A DNA stretch of 64,000 nt, from assembly GCA_965228425.1 (NCBI GenBank), contig OZ245815.1, forward strand, positions 3,672,095 through 3,736,094, written 5' to 3'. The position numbers and the translations under genes are program-made. A model generated the notes under the pieces. The model worked only from the letters and a program-made list of their open reading frames with translations. It was not told where the DNA came from and did not search any database. Of the stretch, positions 36,189-46,480 are shown piece after piece. The DNA is from Alphaproteobacteria bacterium. Its GTDB lineage: Bacteria; Pseudomonadota; Alphaproteobacteria; UBA8366. How positions within the stretch are numbered: position 1 is the first letter of the stretch; the number at the start of each line of letters is the position of its first letter.

Positions 36189-38336
36189 TCAGACACGCGC
36201 GCGCTCGACCGAATTGATCACCGACGTCGCCCGGAGGGCGGCGACGATGTCGGTCAACTGCTTGATGTCGCCCACCTCGATATCAATGAGCATATCGAAA
36301 AACTCCGGCGAACGGTCGGTGATCTTCAGATTGCTGATGTTGCCGCCGTCACGGCCGACCACGGTGCAAACCACGCCGAGACTGCCCGGCGTATTGCCGA
36401 CGACGACCTTGATCCGGGCGGTGTGCGGCATGCCCGATTCGTCCACATCCCAGGCCAGATCGATCCAACGCTCGGGCATGTCGGAAAAGCTCTCGAGCGT
36501 CTCGCAATCGATGGTATGGATCGTGACGCCCTTGCCCGTGGTCTGAATGCCGACGATCCGGTCGCCCGGAATCGGATGGCAGCAACCGGCGAGATGCACC
36601 GCCACGCCGGGCGTCAGTCCCTTGATCGCCACCGGTTCCTTCTTGCCCTTGCGGCGGTGCCGCAGCGCCATCCGGCCGCGCCAGCCCTTGCGCTTCTTGC
36701 TGCCGGGATAGACGGAATGCAGCACGTCCAGTCCGGTCACGTCGCCCTGCCCGACCATCGCGTATAGATCGTTGTTCACGCGCGCATGGAAAATCTTCAG
36801 CACGCCCTCAATCGCCTTTTCCGTGAACTCGTAGCCTTCCTCGCGAAACACGTTTTCGACGATCTCGCGCCCGAGCTGGATATATTCCGCGCGTTGCTGG
36901 CCGCGCACGAAACGGCGGATGCAGGCCCGCGCCTTGCCGGTGACCGCGAAACTCTCCCAACTTGGCGACGGCGTCTGCGCCTTCGAGGTGATGATTTCCA
37001 CCTGATCGCCGTTGCGCAGCCGTGTCCGCAACGGAACGATGCGGCCATTCACCTTGGCGCCGACACAGGTATTGCCGATATCCGTATGGACCGCATAGGC
37101 GAAATCCACCGCCGTGGCGCCGACCGGCATCGCCTGCAACTCGCCCTTGGGCGTGAAGCAGAAGACCTGATCGGCGAACATTTCCAGCTTCGTATGCTCC
37201 AGGAATTCCTCGGCCCCGCCGGCGTGATCCAAAATCTCCAGCAATTCGCGCAGCCAGCGGTATTGCATCCCCTCGGTGCGGCCCGTCGGCCGGGCGCCCT
37301 GCTTGTACTGCCAATGCGCCGCGACGCCCAATTCCGCGATCTCGTGCATGTCATGGGTGCGGATTTGCACCTCGATACGCTGGTTCTCCGGCCCCATGAC
37401 CGTCGTATGCAACGAGGTGTATCCGTTCGGCTTGGGCAGCGAAATATGGTCCTTGAAGCGGCCCGGCACGAGCCGATAGTTGCTGTGGATCACGCCGAGC
37501 GCGCGGTAGCAATCTTCCGTGGTGTCGACCAGCACCCGGAAGGCCATGATGTCGGAGAGCTGTTCGAACCCGACATTGTCGCGCTGCATCTTGCGCCAGA
37601 TCGAGTGCGGCCGTTTCTCGCGGCCCGAGACGTCCGCATCAAGACCGTGTTCGGCCAAGGTCGACTTCAACTCGGCGAGCACCCGGTCGATCACGTTGCC
37701 GCCCTGCTGGCGCAGGAACTCCAGCCGGCTCAGGATCGACGCGCGGGCATCCGGGTTCAGCTCGGAAAAGGCCAGGTCTTCGAGCTCTTCCTTCCAATCG
37801 CGGATGCCGATCCGCTCCGAAAGCGGGACGTATATGTCCATCGTCTCGCGCGCGATGCGGCGCCGCTTTTCAGGGTTTCCGATATAGCCGAGTGTCCGCA
37901 TGTTGTGCAGCCGGTCGGCCAGTTTGACCACCAGGACCCGAATGTCCTGCGACATGGCGAGAACCAACTTGCGGAAGTTCTCCGCCTGTTTGGCGCGGTC
38001 CGATTGGGTCTGGAGATCGAGCTGCGACAGCTTCGTGACGCCGTCGACAAGGCGGGCGATCTCGTCGCCGAAATTTCCTTCGATATCGTCCAGGGTCGCA
38101 ACCGTATCCTCGACCGTGTCATGCAGCAGCCCCGTGACGATCGACGCCGTGTCGAGCTTCTTTTCGGACAGGATACCGGCCACCTCGACCGGGTGGGAGA
38201 AATAGGAATCGCCGGACGCGCGCTGCTGGTTGCCGTGTGCGCGCATCGAATAGACGTAGGCGCGGTTGAGGGTGTCCTCATCCGCGCCCGGATCGTAACC
38301 TTTAACTTTCTCGACAAGTTCGTATTGCCGCATCAT
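36189..38336 (-). CDS. spoT: bifunctional (p)ppGpp synthetase/hydrolase (Rsh/SpoT)
   Basis: HD domain HPVEVAGIL...LLHDTVEDT, synthetase region RPHSIWRKM...YTSLHT, then TGS and ACT C-terminal domains. Confidence 0.93.
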   Translation of the reverse strand: MMRQYELVEKVKGYDPGADEDTLNRAYVYSMRAHGNQQRASGDSYFSHPVEVAGILSEKKLDTASIVTGLLHDTVEDTVATLDDIEGNFGDEIARLVDGVTKLSQLDLQTQSDRAKQAENFRKLVLAMSQDIRVLVVKLADRLHNMRTLGYIGNPEKRRRIARETMDIYVPLSERIGIRDWKEELEDLAFSELNPDARASILSRLEFLRQQGGNVIDRVLAELKSTLAEHGLDADVSGREKRPHSIWRKMQRDNVGFEQLSDIMAFRVLVDTTEDCYRALGVIHSNYRLVPGRFKDHISLPKPNGYTSLHTTVMGPENQRIEVQIRTHDMHEIAELGVAAHWQYKQGARPTGRTEGMQYRWLRELLEILDHAGGAEEFLEHTKLEMFADQVFCFTPKGELQAMPVGATAVDFAYAVHTDIGNTCVGAKVNGRIVPLRTRLRNGDQVEIITSKAQTPSPSWESFAVTGKARACIRRFVRGQQRAEYIQLGREIVENVFREEGYEFTEKAIEGVLKIFHARVNNDLYAMVGQGDVTGLDVLHSVYPGSKKRKGWRGRMALRHRRKGKKEPVAIKGLTPGVAVHLAGCCHPIPGDRIVGIQTTGKGVTIHTIDCETLESFSDMPERWIDLAWDVDESGMPHTARIKVVVGNTPGSLGVVCTVVGRDGGNISNLKITDRSPEFFDMLIDIEVGDIKQLTDIVAALRATSVINSVERARV

Positions 38337-38395
38337 GCCCGGTCACTCCGCGTGGCATGATGCGCCGGCGCCCGATGTGCGGCGCCGGTCGTCGG

Positions 38396-38806
38396 TCATT
38401 CCGTCCCGGTCTGCCCGTCGGTCGGCGCTTCACCGGCAGCGCCGTCGCTGGCACCCATCTCCGCTTCCTTCGCGGTCATGATGCTCATCCCCGACGGCAA
38501 CCCTTCCGACCCGTCTTCATGGCCGGCCATCGCCGCCGCCATGTATTCCATGGGCTCGTCTTCTTCCGGCTCGTCGATTTCCGGAACCTTCTGCAGGCCG
38601 CGGACGAGGTCGTCCTTCAGCTTATCGAGCGGCACGGTTTCGTCCGCGATCTCGCGCAGCGCAACGACCGGGTTCTTATCGTTGTCGCGCTCGATCGTGA
38701 TTTCCGCGCCAGCGGAAATCTCACGGCTCCGCTGCGCCGCCATCATCACGAGTTCGAAACGATTGGGCACCCGTTCTACACAGTCTTCCACGGTGACACG
38801 CGCCAT
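38396..38806 (-). CDS. rpoZ: DNA-directed RNA polymerase subunit omega
   Basis: [30 protein letters not shown]. Confidence 0.93.
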   Translation of the reverse strand: MARVTVEDCVERVPNRFELVMMAAQRSREISAGAEITIERDNDKNPVVALREIADETVPLDKLKDDLVRGLQKVPEIDEPEEDEPMEYMAAAMAGHEDGSEGLPSGMSIMTAKEAEMGASDGAAGEAPTDGQTGTE

Positions 38807-39144
38807 GCTCTACCCTACTCCGCTGTTTGCGCTTCCTCGGAAGCGCGCTGCCAAAAGGCCGAATTACGGCAGGAAACCTGCCAATCAGGACCAGAATATA
38901 GGGGCGGACAGGCCCCTACTTCAAGGATATTCCACCCTATTCATATTATACCGGATCGAGTGGTTGAAAACCGCTATTGCAGCAATATTTCGGATGAGAA
39001 CCCGGCCGAATTTGCCACAACTGCCACTTGCGAAAATTTTATAAGCCCTCTAAGTAATAGACATCAACTCGTAATAACGTGCAATAAATCGGCCGCACGT
39101 TCTTGAACCAAAAAAACAAACGTTTACCGAAAGTTGCAATCTCG

Positions 39145-39777
39145 ATGTTAGACAACATCTATAGTAATGAAAAATTGGGGCTGTTCATCGACGGCTCTAA
39201 TCTTTACGCGGCGGCACGAGCACTTGGTTTTGACATCGATTACAAGAAATTGCTCGACCTTTTCGCCAATAAAGGCCGGTTAGTACGCGCGTATTACTAC
39301 ACAGCACTTGTCGAAGACCAAGAATATTCCCCGATCCGGCCTCTTGTGGATTGGCTCGATTACAACGGCTACACCATGGTCACGAAGCCGACCAAGGAGT
39401 TCACCGACGCGTCCGGCCGCCGCAAGATCAAGGGCGATATGGACATCGAGTTGGCCATCGACGTAATGGAAATGGCCCCGCATCTAGACCATATCGTGAT
39501 CTTTTCGGGCGACGGCGACTTTCGCCGGCTGGTCGATGCCGTACAGCGCAAAGGAGTCCGCGTCAGCGTCGTCAGCACGGTGCGTACGCAACCGTCCATG
39601 GTGGCGGACGAATTGCGCCGGCAAGCCGATTGCTTCATCGAATTGCAATCCTTGGCGGAAGAAATCGCCCGGCAGCATACCGAGCGTCAATACGAACCGA
39701 ACGACGACCATGCGGCCGACGACTTCGACGACGAAGACGATTATGACGACGACGATGTGATCGTCGAACCGGCGTAA
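39145..39777 (+). CDS. NYN-domain (LabA/DUF88-like) putative RNase with a poly-acidic C-terminal tail
   Basis: LGLFIDGSNLYAAARALGFDIDYKKLL...KGDMDIELAIDVM...VIFSGDGDFRRLV, with the tail DDFDDEDDYDDDDV. ATG at 39145; the ORF opens at TTG 39103. Confidence 0.8.
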   Translation: MLDNIYSNEKLGLFIDGSNLYAAARALGFDIDYKKLLDLFANKGRLVRAYYYTALVEDQEYSPIRPLVDWLDYNGYTMVTKPTKEFTDASGRRKIKGDMDIELAIDVMEMAPHLDHIVIFSGDGDFRRLVDAVQRKGVRVSVVSTVRTQPSMVADELRRQADCFIELQSLAEEIARQHTERQYEPNDDHAADDFDDEDDYDDDDVIVEPA

Positions 39778-39915
39778 TCCGCCCGGAACGGCGCGCGCTC
39801 ATCGCCATCGAGCCTCCAAATCCGGCGGTATTCCAACAAAGATGTCGATATCCGACAGATGGCGCGGCCGACCTCTACCCATTTCGCGCCGCATCGGCTG
39901 GTGTATAGTGCGCGC

Positions 39916-40587
39916 ATGACGACGCCCCTTCCCTCGGACACGCCGGACGGCCAGCCTGCCGCACCGGCGCTCGATTGCGGCATCTGCGACAGACTGGTCG
40001 ATTTCCGCCACGCCAACCAAGCGAAATTCCCCGCCTTCCATAACGCGCCGGTGCCGAGCTTCGGACCGCTCGACGCGCGCGTGCTAATCGTCGGCCTGGC
40101 GCCGGGGTTGAAGGGCGCGAACCAGACCGGCCGACCCTTCACCGGCGACTACGCGGGCGACCTGCTGTATCCGACGTTGCTGCGCTTCGGCTTTGCCGAA
40201 GGTACGTATGGCGCGGTCCCGGACGACGGGTTGCGCCTGGTCGACATCCGCATCACCAACGCGGTGCGCTGCGTGCCGCCGCAAAACAAACCCGTTGGGG
40301 CGGAGATCAAGGCCTGCCGTCCGTACCTGGCGAGCGAATTGGCGGCGCTGCCGCGGCTGCATACGGTGATCGCGCTCGGCGTGGTCGCCCATAACTCGGT
40401 GCTGGCGGCCAGCGGGCTGAAGCAAAGCCACTGCAAGTTCGCCCACAACGCCCGCCACGAATTGCCGGGCAGCCTGATCCTCAACGACAGCTACCACTGC
40501 TCGCGCTACAACACGAACACGGGCCGCCTGACCGAGGCGATGTTCCACGACGTGTTTGCGAGCGTGAAGGCGGGGTTGGCGGGCTAA
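39916..40587 (+). CDS. uracil-DNA glycosylase superfamily protein (family 4/5-like)
   Basis: CGICDRL...VLIVGLAPGLKGANQTGRPFTGDYAG...NAVRCVPP...HCSRYN. Confidence 0.8.
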   Translation: MTTPLPSDTPDGQPAAPALDCGICDRLVDFRHANQAKFPAFHNAPVPSFGPLDARVLIVGLAPGLKGANQTGRPFTGDYAGDLLYPTLLRFGFAEGTYGAVPDDGLRLVDIRITNAVRCVPPQNKPVGAEIKACRPYLASELAALPRLHTVIALGVVAHNSVLAASGLKQSHCKFAHNARHELPGSLILNDSYHCSRYNTNTGRLTEAMFHDVFASVKAGLAG

Positions 40588-40590
40588 GGC

Positions 40591-41061
40591 CTACCCCTTG
40601 TCCCGCATCAGTCGGGCTTTCTGGCGCTGCCAGTCGCGGGCCTTTTCCAACTGGCGCTTGTCATGCTTCTTGCGACCCTTGGCGAGGCCGATCTCCAGCT
40701 TCGCGATGCCGCGCCGGTTGAAATAAATCTTCAGCGGCACGAGGGTCACGCCCTCGCGTTTCACCGCGCCGAGCAGCCGGTCGCGTTCGCGCTTGTGCAC
40801 CAGCAACTTCTTCGGCCGCCGCGGTTCATGGTTGAACCTGCCCGCGTTGGGATATTCCTGGATCGTGCAGTTCAGCAAGTAGAGGTCACCGTCCTTAGGG
40901 CCGGCATAGGCCTCGCCCAGGCTCGCCTTGCCCGCGCGCAGCGACTTCACCTCGGTCCCCTGCAGGGCAAGGCCGGCTTCCAGCGTCTCCTCGATGATGT
41001 AGTCGCGGCGGGCGCGGCGGTTTTGGGCCACCGGCGGGCCGCCGTTCAGTCCTTCGGGCAT
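40591..41061 (-). CDS. smpB: SsrA-binding protein
   Basis: [31 protein letters not shown]...GRKKHDKR. Confidence 0.93.
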   Translation of the reverse strand: MPEGLNGGPPVAQNRRARRDYIIEETLEAGLALQGTEVKSLRAGKASLGEAYAGPKDGDLYLLNCTIQEYPNAGRFNHEPRRPKKLLVHKRERDRLLGAVKREGVTLVPLKIYFNRRGIAKLEIGLAKGRKKHDKRQLEKARDWQRQKARLMRDKG

Positions 41062-41112
41062 GGCAGTTGCGTCTTACGGTCTCTATCGGTCGTTGCTGTC
41101 CAGGCACGCGCC

Positions 41113-41138
41113 GTCTCCGGCACGCGAGCGCCGGAGAC
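41113..41138 (-). terminator. GC-rich hairpin between dapA and smpB (candidate terminator/attenuator without a U-tract)
   Basis: Perfect 9-bp stem GTCTCCGGC / GCCGGAGAC with an 8-nt loop, 37 nt downstream of the dapA stop. Confidence 0.35.
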
Positions 41139-41174
41139 TACACCAAAAAGCGTCGAATGCGTGCGTTTTCCGCC

Positions 41175-42053
41175 CTAGTTGATCAGGCCGCAATGCACCA
41201 TTGCGTCCCGGACCGCCGCCTCTCCGTCCGGCGTGAGGGCCGTGATCGGCAAGCGCACCTTGGGATCGCATTTGCCGAGCAGGCTCGCGCCGTATTTGGC
41301 GGGTGCGGGGCTCGGCTCGCAGAACATCGCGTCGTGCAGCGGCATCAACCGGTCGCGCAGCGTGTCGAAGGTGTCCATATCCTTCTCCTGCCACGCCGCA
41401 TGAAGATCGGAACAGAGTTTCGGCGCCACATTCGAGGTCACCGAAATACAGCCGACGCCGCCCTGCGCCAGGAAAGCCGCGACGGTGGCGTCTTCGCCCG
41501 AAAGCTGGCAGAAATCCTTGCCTGCGGTCACCCGCGTCGCCAGCGGCCGCGCGAGATCGGCGGTCGCATCCTTCACCCCGACGATATTCGCTATCTTCGC
41601 CAACCGCGCCATGGTGTCGACGCTGATATCGACGATCGACCGGCCCGGAATGTTATAGACAATCACTGGAATATCAGCCGATTCCGCCACGGCCTTGAAG
41701 TGCTGATAAAGCCCTTCCTGCGACGGCTTGTTGTAATAGGGTGCGACGCTCAACACGCCGTCCGCGCCGACGGATTTCGCATGTTTGGTGAATTCAACGG
41801 CTTCGTCGGTGTTGTTCGAGCCCGCACCTGCGATGACGGGGACCCGTCCGGCGGCGGCCTCGACGCACAATTCGACGACGCGTTTATGTTCCTCGTGGCT
41901 AAGCGTTGGCGACTCGCCGGTCGTTCCGACCGGCACCAAGCCATTCGTGCCCTCGGCGATCTGCCAGTCCACGAAGGCCTGGAAGCCGTCCTCGTCGATC
42001 CCACCGTTCTTGAACGGGGTGATCAGGGCCGTAAGCGAACCCTTGAACATCAT
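41175..42053 (-). CDS. dapA: 4-hydroxy-tetrahydrodipicolinate synthase
   Basis: [46 protein letters not shown]. Confidence 0.93.
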   Translation of the reverse strand: MMFKGSLTALITPFKNGGIDEDGFQAFVDWQIAEGTNGLVPVGTTGESPTLSHEEHKRVVELCVEAAAGRVPVIAGAGSNNTDEAVEFTKHAKSVGADGVLSVAPYYNKPSQEGLYQHFKAVAESADIPVIVYNIPGRSIVDISVDTMARLAKIANIVGVKDATADLARPLATRVTAGKDFCQLSGEDATVAAFLAQGGVGCISVTSNVAPKLCSDLHAAWQEKDMDTFDTLRDRLMPLHDAMFCEPSPAPAKYGASLLGKCDPKVRLPITALTPDGEAAVRDAMVHCGLIN

Positions 42054-42242
42054 GCGTTCTCCGCAGAATACCTACTGTTGCGGCCACCATACTGCCAAGC
42101 CATGGGATGCAGCAAGCGGCTTCGCGCCGGGAGCGGGCATCCCAGCTGAAACCACGGCTGAATAAGCCGTATTGTTGGATTCCGGAAATTCAAATAGACT
42201 TCCGCGCTGTTCAGTTCAATGAATACTATTCGGTGACCCTGC

Positions 42243-44306
42243 GTGCGGCGAATATTACGCCAATACGTTACTATTATTGCATTTTTTTGCTTCTTGGGCG
42301 GCTTGTCGGCAGCATCGATCCCTTCGGCCGCCGAAACCCTGACCAAGCGACAGCGCGCCTATTACGCCAACGCGATCGAATTGGCGGACCGTGATCTGTG
42401 GCCGGACGTCCGGAAGCTTTCGCCCGCGAAAAGCAACGGCGCCGCCGACAAGATCATCGAGTGGATGCGGCTGCGGTCCGCCAAAGTCAGGGCCGGTTTC
42501 CCCGAAGTCTCCGCCTTTATCAAGGCCAACCCGGCCTGGCCCGACCAAGACAAGCTGCGCCGCCGCGCCGAGGAAATGATGGGCGGTCTGCCGGCCGACG
42601 AAGTGCTCGCCTGGTTCGACACCTATCCAATGGAATCCCCGGACGGTGCATATCATCTGGCCAATGCGTTGGAATCGGTCGGTCGGAACGACGAAGCGGC
42701 CAAGGCGGTCCGCCATGCATGGATTACGATGGAGTTGGGACCCAAGCAGGCCACCGACTTCAAGGCCCGTTTTCGAAATTATCTCGGCCAGAAGGAGGAA
42801 ATCGCCAAGCTCGAATACCTGCTCTGGGAACGCGAGGTCCGGGCATCCCGCCGGCAGATGCGCAAGGTCCCGCCGGAATGGCGGCAGCTGGCGCGGGCGC
42901 GCATTGCGCTGATGATCCGCGCCCGCAACGCGTCCTCCCTGCTTCGCCGGGTCAAGCCGGCGTTGGTGCGGAGCCAAGGCATCGTGTTTGAGAGGGTGCG
43001 CTGGCGTCGGCGCGCGAAACGGATGGATTCGGCGATCGACATGCTGTTGGCGAATCGCCCGGTGAACCCAAGCCGCCCGGACCGCTGGTGGCGTGAACGG
43101 AACTACCTCGCGCGTTGGGCGATGAAGGAAGAGCGGCCGGAACTCGCCTACCGCCTTGCCAGCGAACACGGGCAAACCAGCGGCATCGGGTTTGCCGGCG
43201 CGGAATGGCTCGCCGGCTGGATCGCCTTGCGGAAATTGAACAAGCCCGATGCCGCGCTCAAGCATTTCAAGGCGCTTTACAACGGGGTGAAGTTTCCCGT
43301 CAGCCGATCGCGCGGCGCTTATTGGACGGCGCGGGCGTTGGAGACCAAGGAACAGCACAGCGAGGCCACGAAATGGTATCGCACCGCAGCTCAGCACATG
43401 ACGCGCTTCTATGGTCAGGTCGCGGCCGGCCATGTGCTCGCGGCCGAACGGCCGACACTGCCGACAGAGCGCGAGCCGACCGACGCGGACCGGCGCGCGT
43501 TCGAGGCGCATGACGCGGTCCGCGCCATCCGCGTGCTGGCGCAGTTGGACCGGCGGCGCGACATCAAGCGCTTCCTTCTGGGGCTGGCGGACGATGCCAA
43601 GACCCAGACCGAATGGACCCTCGCCGCCCGCCTCGCGCAAGAAATGGGCCGGCACGACGTCGGCGTATCCATCGCGAAGCGTGCGCTCCGCAAGGGCGTC
43701 ATTCTCAGTAAAACCGGCTATCCCGCGTTGGAGCCGGTCAGTAACGGCGACAGGGCATTTCCCGATCCGGCGCTGATCTTCTCGGTGGTCCGCCAAGAAA
43801 GCGCCTTCGACCCGAAGGCGATCAGCCACGCCGGGGCGCGCGGGCTGATGCAGATCATGCCGCAGACGGCCCTGCGGGTCGCCCGCCGGCTCAAGGTGCC
43901 GTATTCGCGCAATCGGCTCACCCGCGACCCGGCCTATAACCTTCGGCTCGGCCAAGCCTATCTCGCCAACATGATCCGGGACTACGACGGCTCGCTGATC
44001 CTGGCGCTCGCCGCCTACAACGCGGGACCGCTAAGGGTCGAGCGTTGGCTGCGCCGTTATGGCGACCCGGGCCCCAGCATCTACGATGCGATCGACTGGA
44101 TCGAATCCATCCCCTTCACCGAGACACGCACCTATGTACAGCGTGTGCTGGAAAACCTGACGGTTTACCGGGGTCGCACGGATGGTCTAAACATGGCGCT
44201 CACCTTCGCCGCGATGGAACCGGGCCCCTTCAAGGATTCGGCAGGACGCACCGACCGGATCGCCGGGGATCCGCTACAGGACGGAGATGACTTTGCCGGA
44301 CCCTAG
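42243..44306 (+). CDS. slt: soluble lytic murein transglycosylase (Slt70-like)
   Basis: Signal peptide, a long helical superhelical region, and the catalytic SLT domain VVRQESAFDPKAISHAGARGLMQIMP...AAYNAGP. GTG start. Confidence 0.88.
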   Translation: MRRILRQYVTIIAFFCFLGGLSAASIPSAAETLTKRQRAYYANAIELADRDLWPDVRKLSPAKSNGAADKIIEWMRLRSAKVRAGFPEVSAFIKANPAWPDQDKLRRRAEEMMGGLPADEVLAWFDTYPMESPDGAYHLANALESVGRNDEAAKAVRHAWITMELGPKQATDFKARFRNYLGQKEEIAKLEYLLWEREVRASRRQMRKVPPEWRQLARARIALMIRARNASSLLRRVKPALVRSQGIVFERVRWRRRAKRMDSAIDMLLANRPVNPSRPDRWWRERNYLARWAMKEERPELAYRLASEHGQTSGIGFAGAEWLAGWIALRKLNKPDAALKHFKALYNGVKFPVSRSRGAYWTARALETKEQHSEATKWYRTAAQHMTRFYGQVAAGHVLAAERPTLPTEREPTDADRRAFEAHDAVRAIRVLAQLDRRRDIKRFLLGLADDAKTQTEWTLAARLAQEMGRHDVGVSIAKRALRKGVILSKTGYPALEPVSNGDRAFPDPALIFSVVRQESAFDPKAISHAGARGLMQIMPQTALRVARRLKVPYSRNRLTRDPAYNLRLGQAYLANMIRDYDGSLILALAAYNAGPLRVERWLRRYGDPGPSIYDAIDWIESIPFTETRTYVQRVLENLTVYRGRTDGLNMALTFAAMEPGPFKDSAGRTDRIAGDPLQDGDDFAGP

Positions 44307-44979
44307 ACTGAGCGAAATCAAGGCCTGCGTGTTCGACGCGTATGGCACCCTATTCGACGTGTTTTCGGTCGCCGACGGCGTGCGGGCGGCAGTCGGCGAC
44401 GATGCCGACCGGGTGACGGCGCTATGGCGCCAGAAACAACTCGAATACACTTGGCTGCGCAGCCTGATGAAATCGCATGTCGATTTCTGGCAGGTCACGC
44501 GCGACGCGCTCGATTTCTCCCTGAGCACCGTCGGCAACAACGACCCGGCGCTGCGCGACAGTCTGTTGGACCTCTATCTCACACTCGACACCTATCCCGA
44601 GGTCGAAGGCCTGTTGACGACATTGCGGGACAACCGCATTCCGCGGGCCATCCTGTCGAACGGCGCACCGCCGATGCTCGACGCCGCGGTCCGGTCCGCC
44701 GGGATCGCCGAGCTGCTCGACGAGGTGTTCTCGGTCGAGGATGTCGGCGTCTACAAACCCGATTCGTCGGTGTATCAAATCGCGGTCGACCGCCTGCGGT
44801 GCCAGCCGGCGCAAATCTGTTTCATGTCGTCGAACGCATGGGACGTGGCGGGCGCGGCGAATTTCGGCTTCACCGTTGTCTGGATCAATCGGTTCGGCCA
44901 AGTGCCGGAACGCCTGCCCGGCAAGCCGGTCGAGGAACTCAAGAGTTTGGAAGCGCTGCCGTCGCTTCTCGGCCTGTAG
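44287..44979 (+). CDS. haloacid dehalogenase type II
   Basis: CVFDAYGTLFDV, WRQKQLEYTWLRSLM, SNG, YKPD, SSNAWDVAGA. Confidence 0.88.
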   Translation: MTLPDPRLSEIKACVFDAYGTLFDVFSVADGVRAAVGDDADRVTALWRQKQLEYTWLRSLMKSHVDFWQVTRDALDFSLSTVGNNDPALRDSLLDLYLTLDTYPEVEGLLTTLRDNRIPRAILSNGAPPMLDAAVRSAGIAELLDEVFSVEDVGVYKPDSSVYQIAVDRLRCQPAQICFMSSNAWDVAGAANFGFTVVWINRFGQVPERLPGKPVEELKSLEALPSLLGL

Positions 44980-45014
44980 GAACGAAAAGACGGTTCAATA
45001 AGGCTGCATCGCCC

Positions 45015-45863
45015 GTGAGTTCCTTCCGCGAAAACCGCTACACCACCCATGACGGCCTGTCGCTGTTCTACCGCGAATACGGTGACCCCTTATCGTCCGA
45101 GACGCCGGTCCTGTGCCTCCCCGGCCTCGCCCGCAATTCGAAGGACTTCCATCGCCTTGCGACCCGCCTCTCGGCGGACCGGTGGGTCATCTGCCCGGAC
45201 TACCGCGGGCGCGGGCAAAGCGATTACGACCCGAACCCCGACAATTATCAGCCGACCATCTATCTTCAGGACATCCGCCACCTGCTGGCGGCGACCGGCA
45301 TGCATCGGGCGGTGGTTATCGGCACCTCTATGGGCGGCCTGTTGGCGACCGGATTGGGGGTGGTGGCGCCCAGCCTATTGGCGGGCGTCGTTCTGAACGA
45401 TATCGGACCGCACATCGAGGACAACGGGATGGACCGGATCATGGACTATCTGGGCATCGACCATCCGCATCCGGACTGGGATCATGCGGTCGCCGCCTTC
45501 AAGGAGCGATTCCCCACACTGTCCTTCGACAGCGAAACGCTTTGGCGGGAAGGCGCAGAAGCGACATGGCGGGAGCGCGAGGACGGCCAACTGCATGTCG
45601 ATTGGGATGTGAAGATCGTGCTGCCGGTGATGCAGAATAAGGAACTGCCCGACCTATGGGCGCTGTTCCGCTCGCTGCGGAACATTCCGGTTCTTGCCGT
45701 CCGCGGCGGCGTCAGCGACGTCTTGTCGGCCGAAACCTTCGACCGCATGGCCGAAGAACATCCGAACCTGGACCGGTTGTGTCTGGAGGGCGTCGGGCAT
45801 GTCCCGTCGCTATTCGAACCGCAATCGACCGAAGCGATCGACCGCTTGCTGGCGAAGGTTTGA
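45015..45863 (+). CDS. alpha/beta hydrolase
   Basis: LCLPGLARNSKDF and nucleophile elbow GTSMGG. GTG at 45015, in frame within ORF 44424..45863. The upstream part of that ORF overlaps the HAD gene. Confidence 0.8.
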   Translation: MSSFRENRYTTHDGLSLFYREYGDPLSSETPVLCLPGLARNSKDFHRLATRLSADRWVICPDYRGRGQSDYDPNPDNYQPTIYLQDIRHLLAATGMHRAVVIGTSMGGLLATGLGVVAPSLLAGVVLNDIGPHIEDNGMDRIMDYLGIDHPHPDWDHAVAAFKERFPTLSFDSETLWREGAEATWREREDGQLHVDWDVKIVLPVMQNKELPDLWALFRSLRNIPVLAVRGGVSDVLSAETFDRMAEEHPNLDRLCLEGVGHVPSLFEPQSTEAIDRLLAKV

Positions 45864-45895
45864 TCCCGACTACCCCGTAGCCGGGATCGGCCGGA

Positions 45896-46480
45896 TCAAC
45901 GGAAAACCTTCTTGACCGCTTCCTGGCTCTTGGCCGCCGTCGCCGCAACGCCGCTCTTTCCCTTCGGAGCGTCGTCCTTCTTGGGCTGTTCCTTCTCGTT
46001 CTCGTAGACGAGGTTCGGCGCGGGTTTTTCCTTCGCGGCATTCTCGCCCTCGTCCTTCGCAGCCTGTTCGCCATTCTGGGCGGACACGTCTACATGACGG
46101 CAGAGGCCCTGGATAAAAGCGCCGGCTTCGATGGCGAGGCTCTCGTGGACGATGTCGCCGGTGACCTTCGCGGTCCGGGCCAACTCGACCTGCTTGCCGT
46201 TGATCTGTCCCTTCACCGTGCCGGCAACGTGGACGGTCGCCGCGACGATCGCGCCGCTGACGATCGCATGTTCGCCGACGGTCACGGAACTGCTGCGGAC
46301 GTCGCCTTCCACCGCGCCGTCAATCTGGATGTCGCCTTCGGACTCCAAGTCACCGGTCACCCGCAGGTTTGCGCTGACGATCGACGGCGCAACGCCGGGA
46401 GATGTCAATTTCGGCACAGTCAAACTCCGGTTCGACCCGCCGTCATTCTTTGTCTCGGTCTTACTACCCTTTGAAAACAT
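45896..46480 (-). CDS. bactofilin-family cytoskeletal protein
   Basis: IVSANLRVTGDLESEGDIQIDGAVEGDV...VTVGEHAIVSGAI...VHVAGTVKGQI...AKVTGDIVHESLAIEAGAFIQG (beta-helical repeat pattern), plus a Lys/Glu/Pro-rich tail. Confidence 0.88.
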   Translation of the reverse strand: MFSKGSKTETKNDGGSNRSLTVPKLTSPGVAPSIVSANLRVTGDLESEGDIQIDGAVEGDVRSSSVTVGEHAIVSGAIVAATVHVAGTVKGQINGKQVELARTAKVTGDIVHESLAIEAGAFIQGLCRHVDVSAQNGEQAAKDEGENAAKEKPAPNLVYENEKEQPKKDDAPKGKSGVAATAAKSQEAVKKVFR

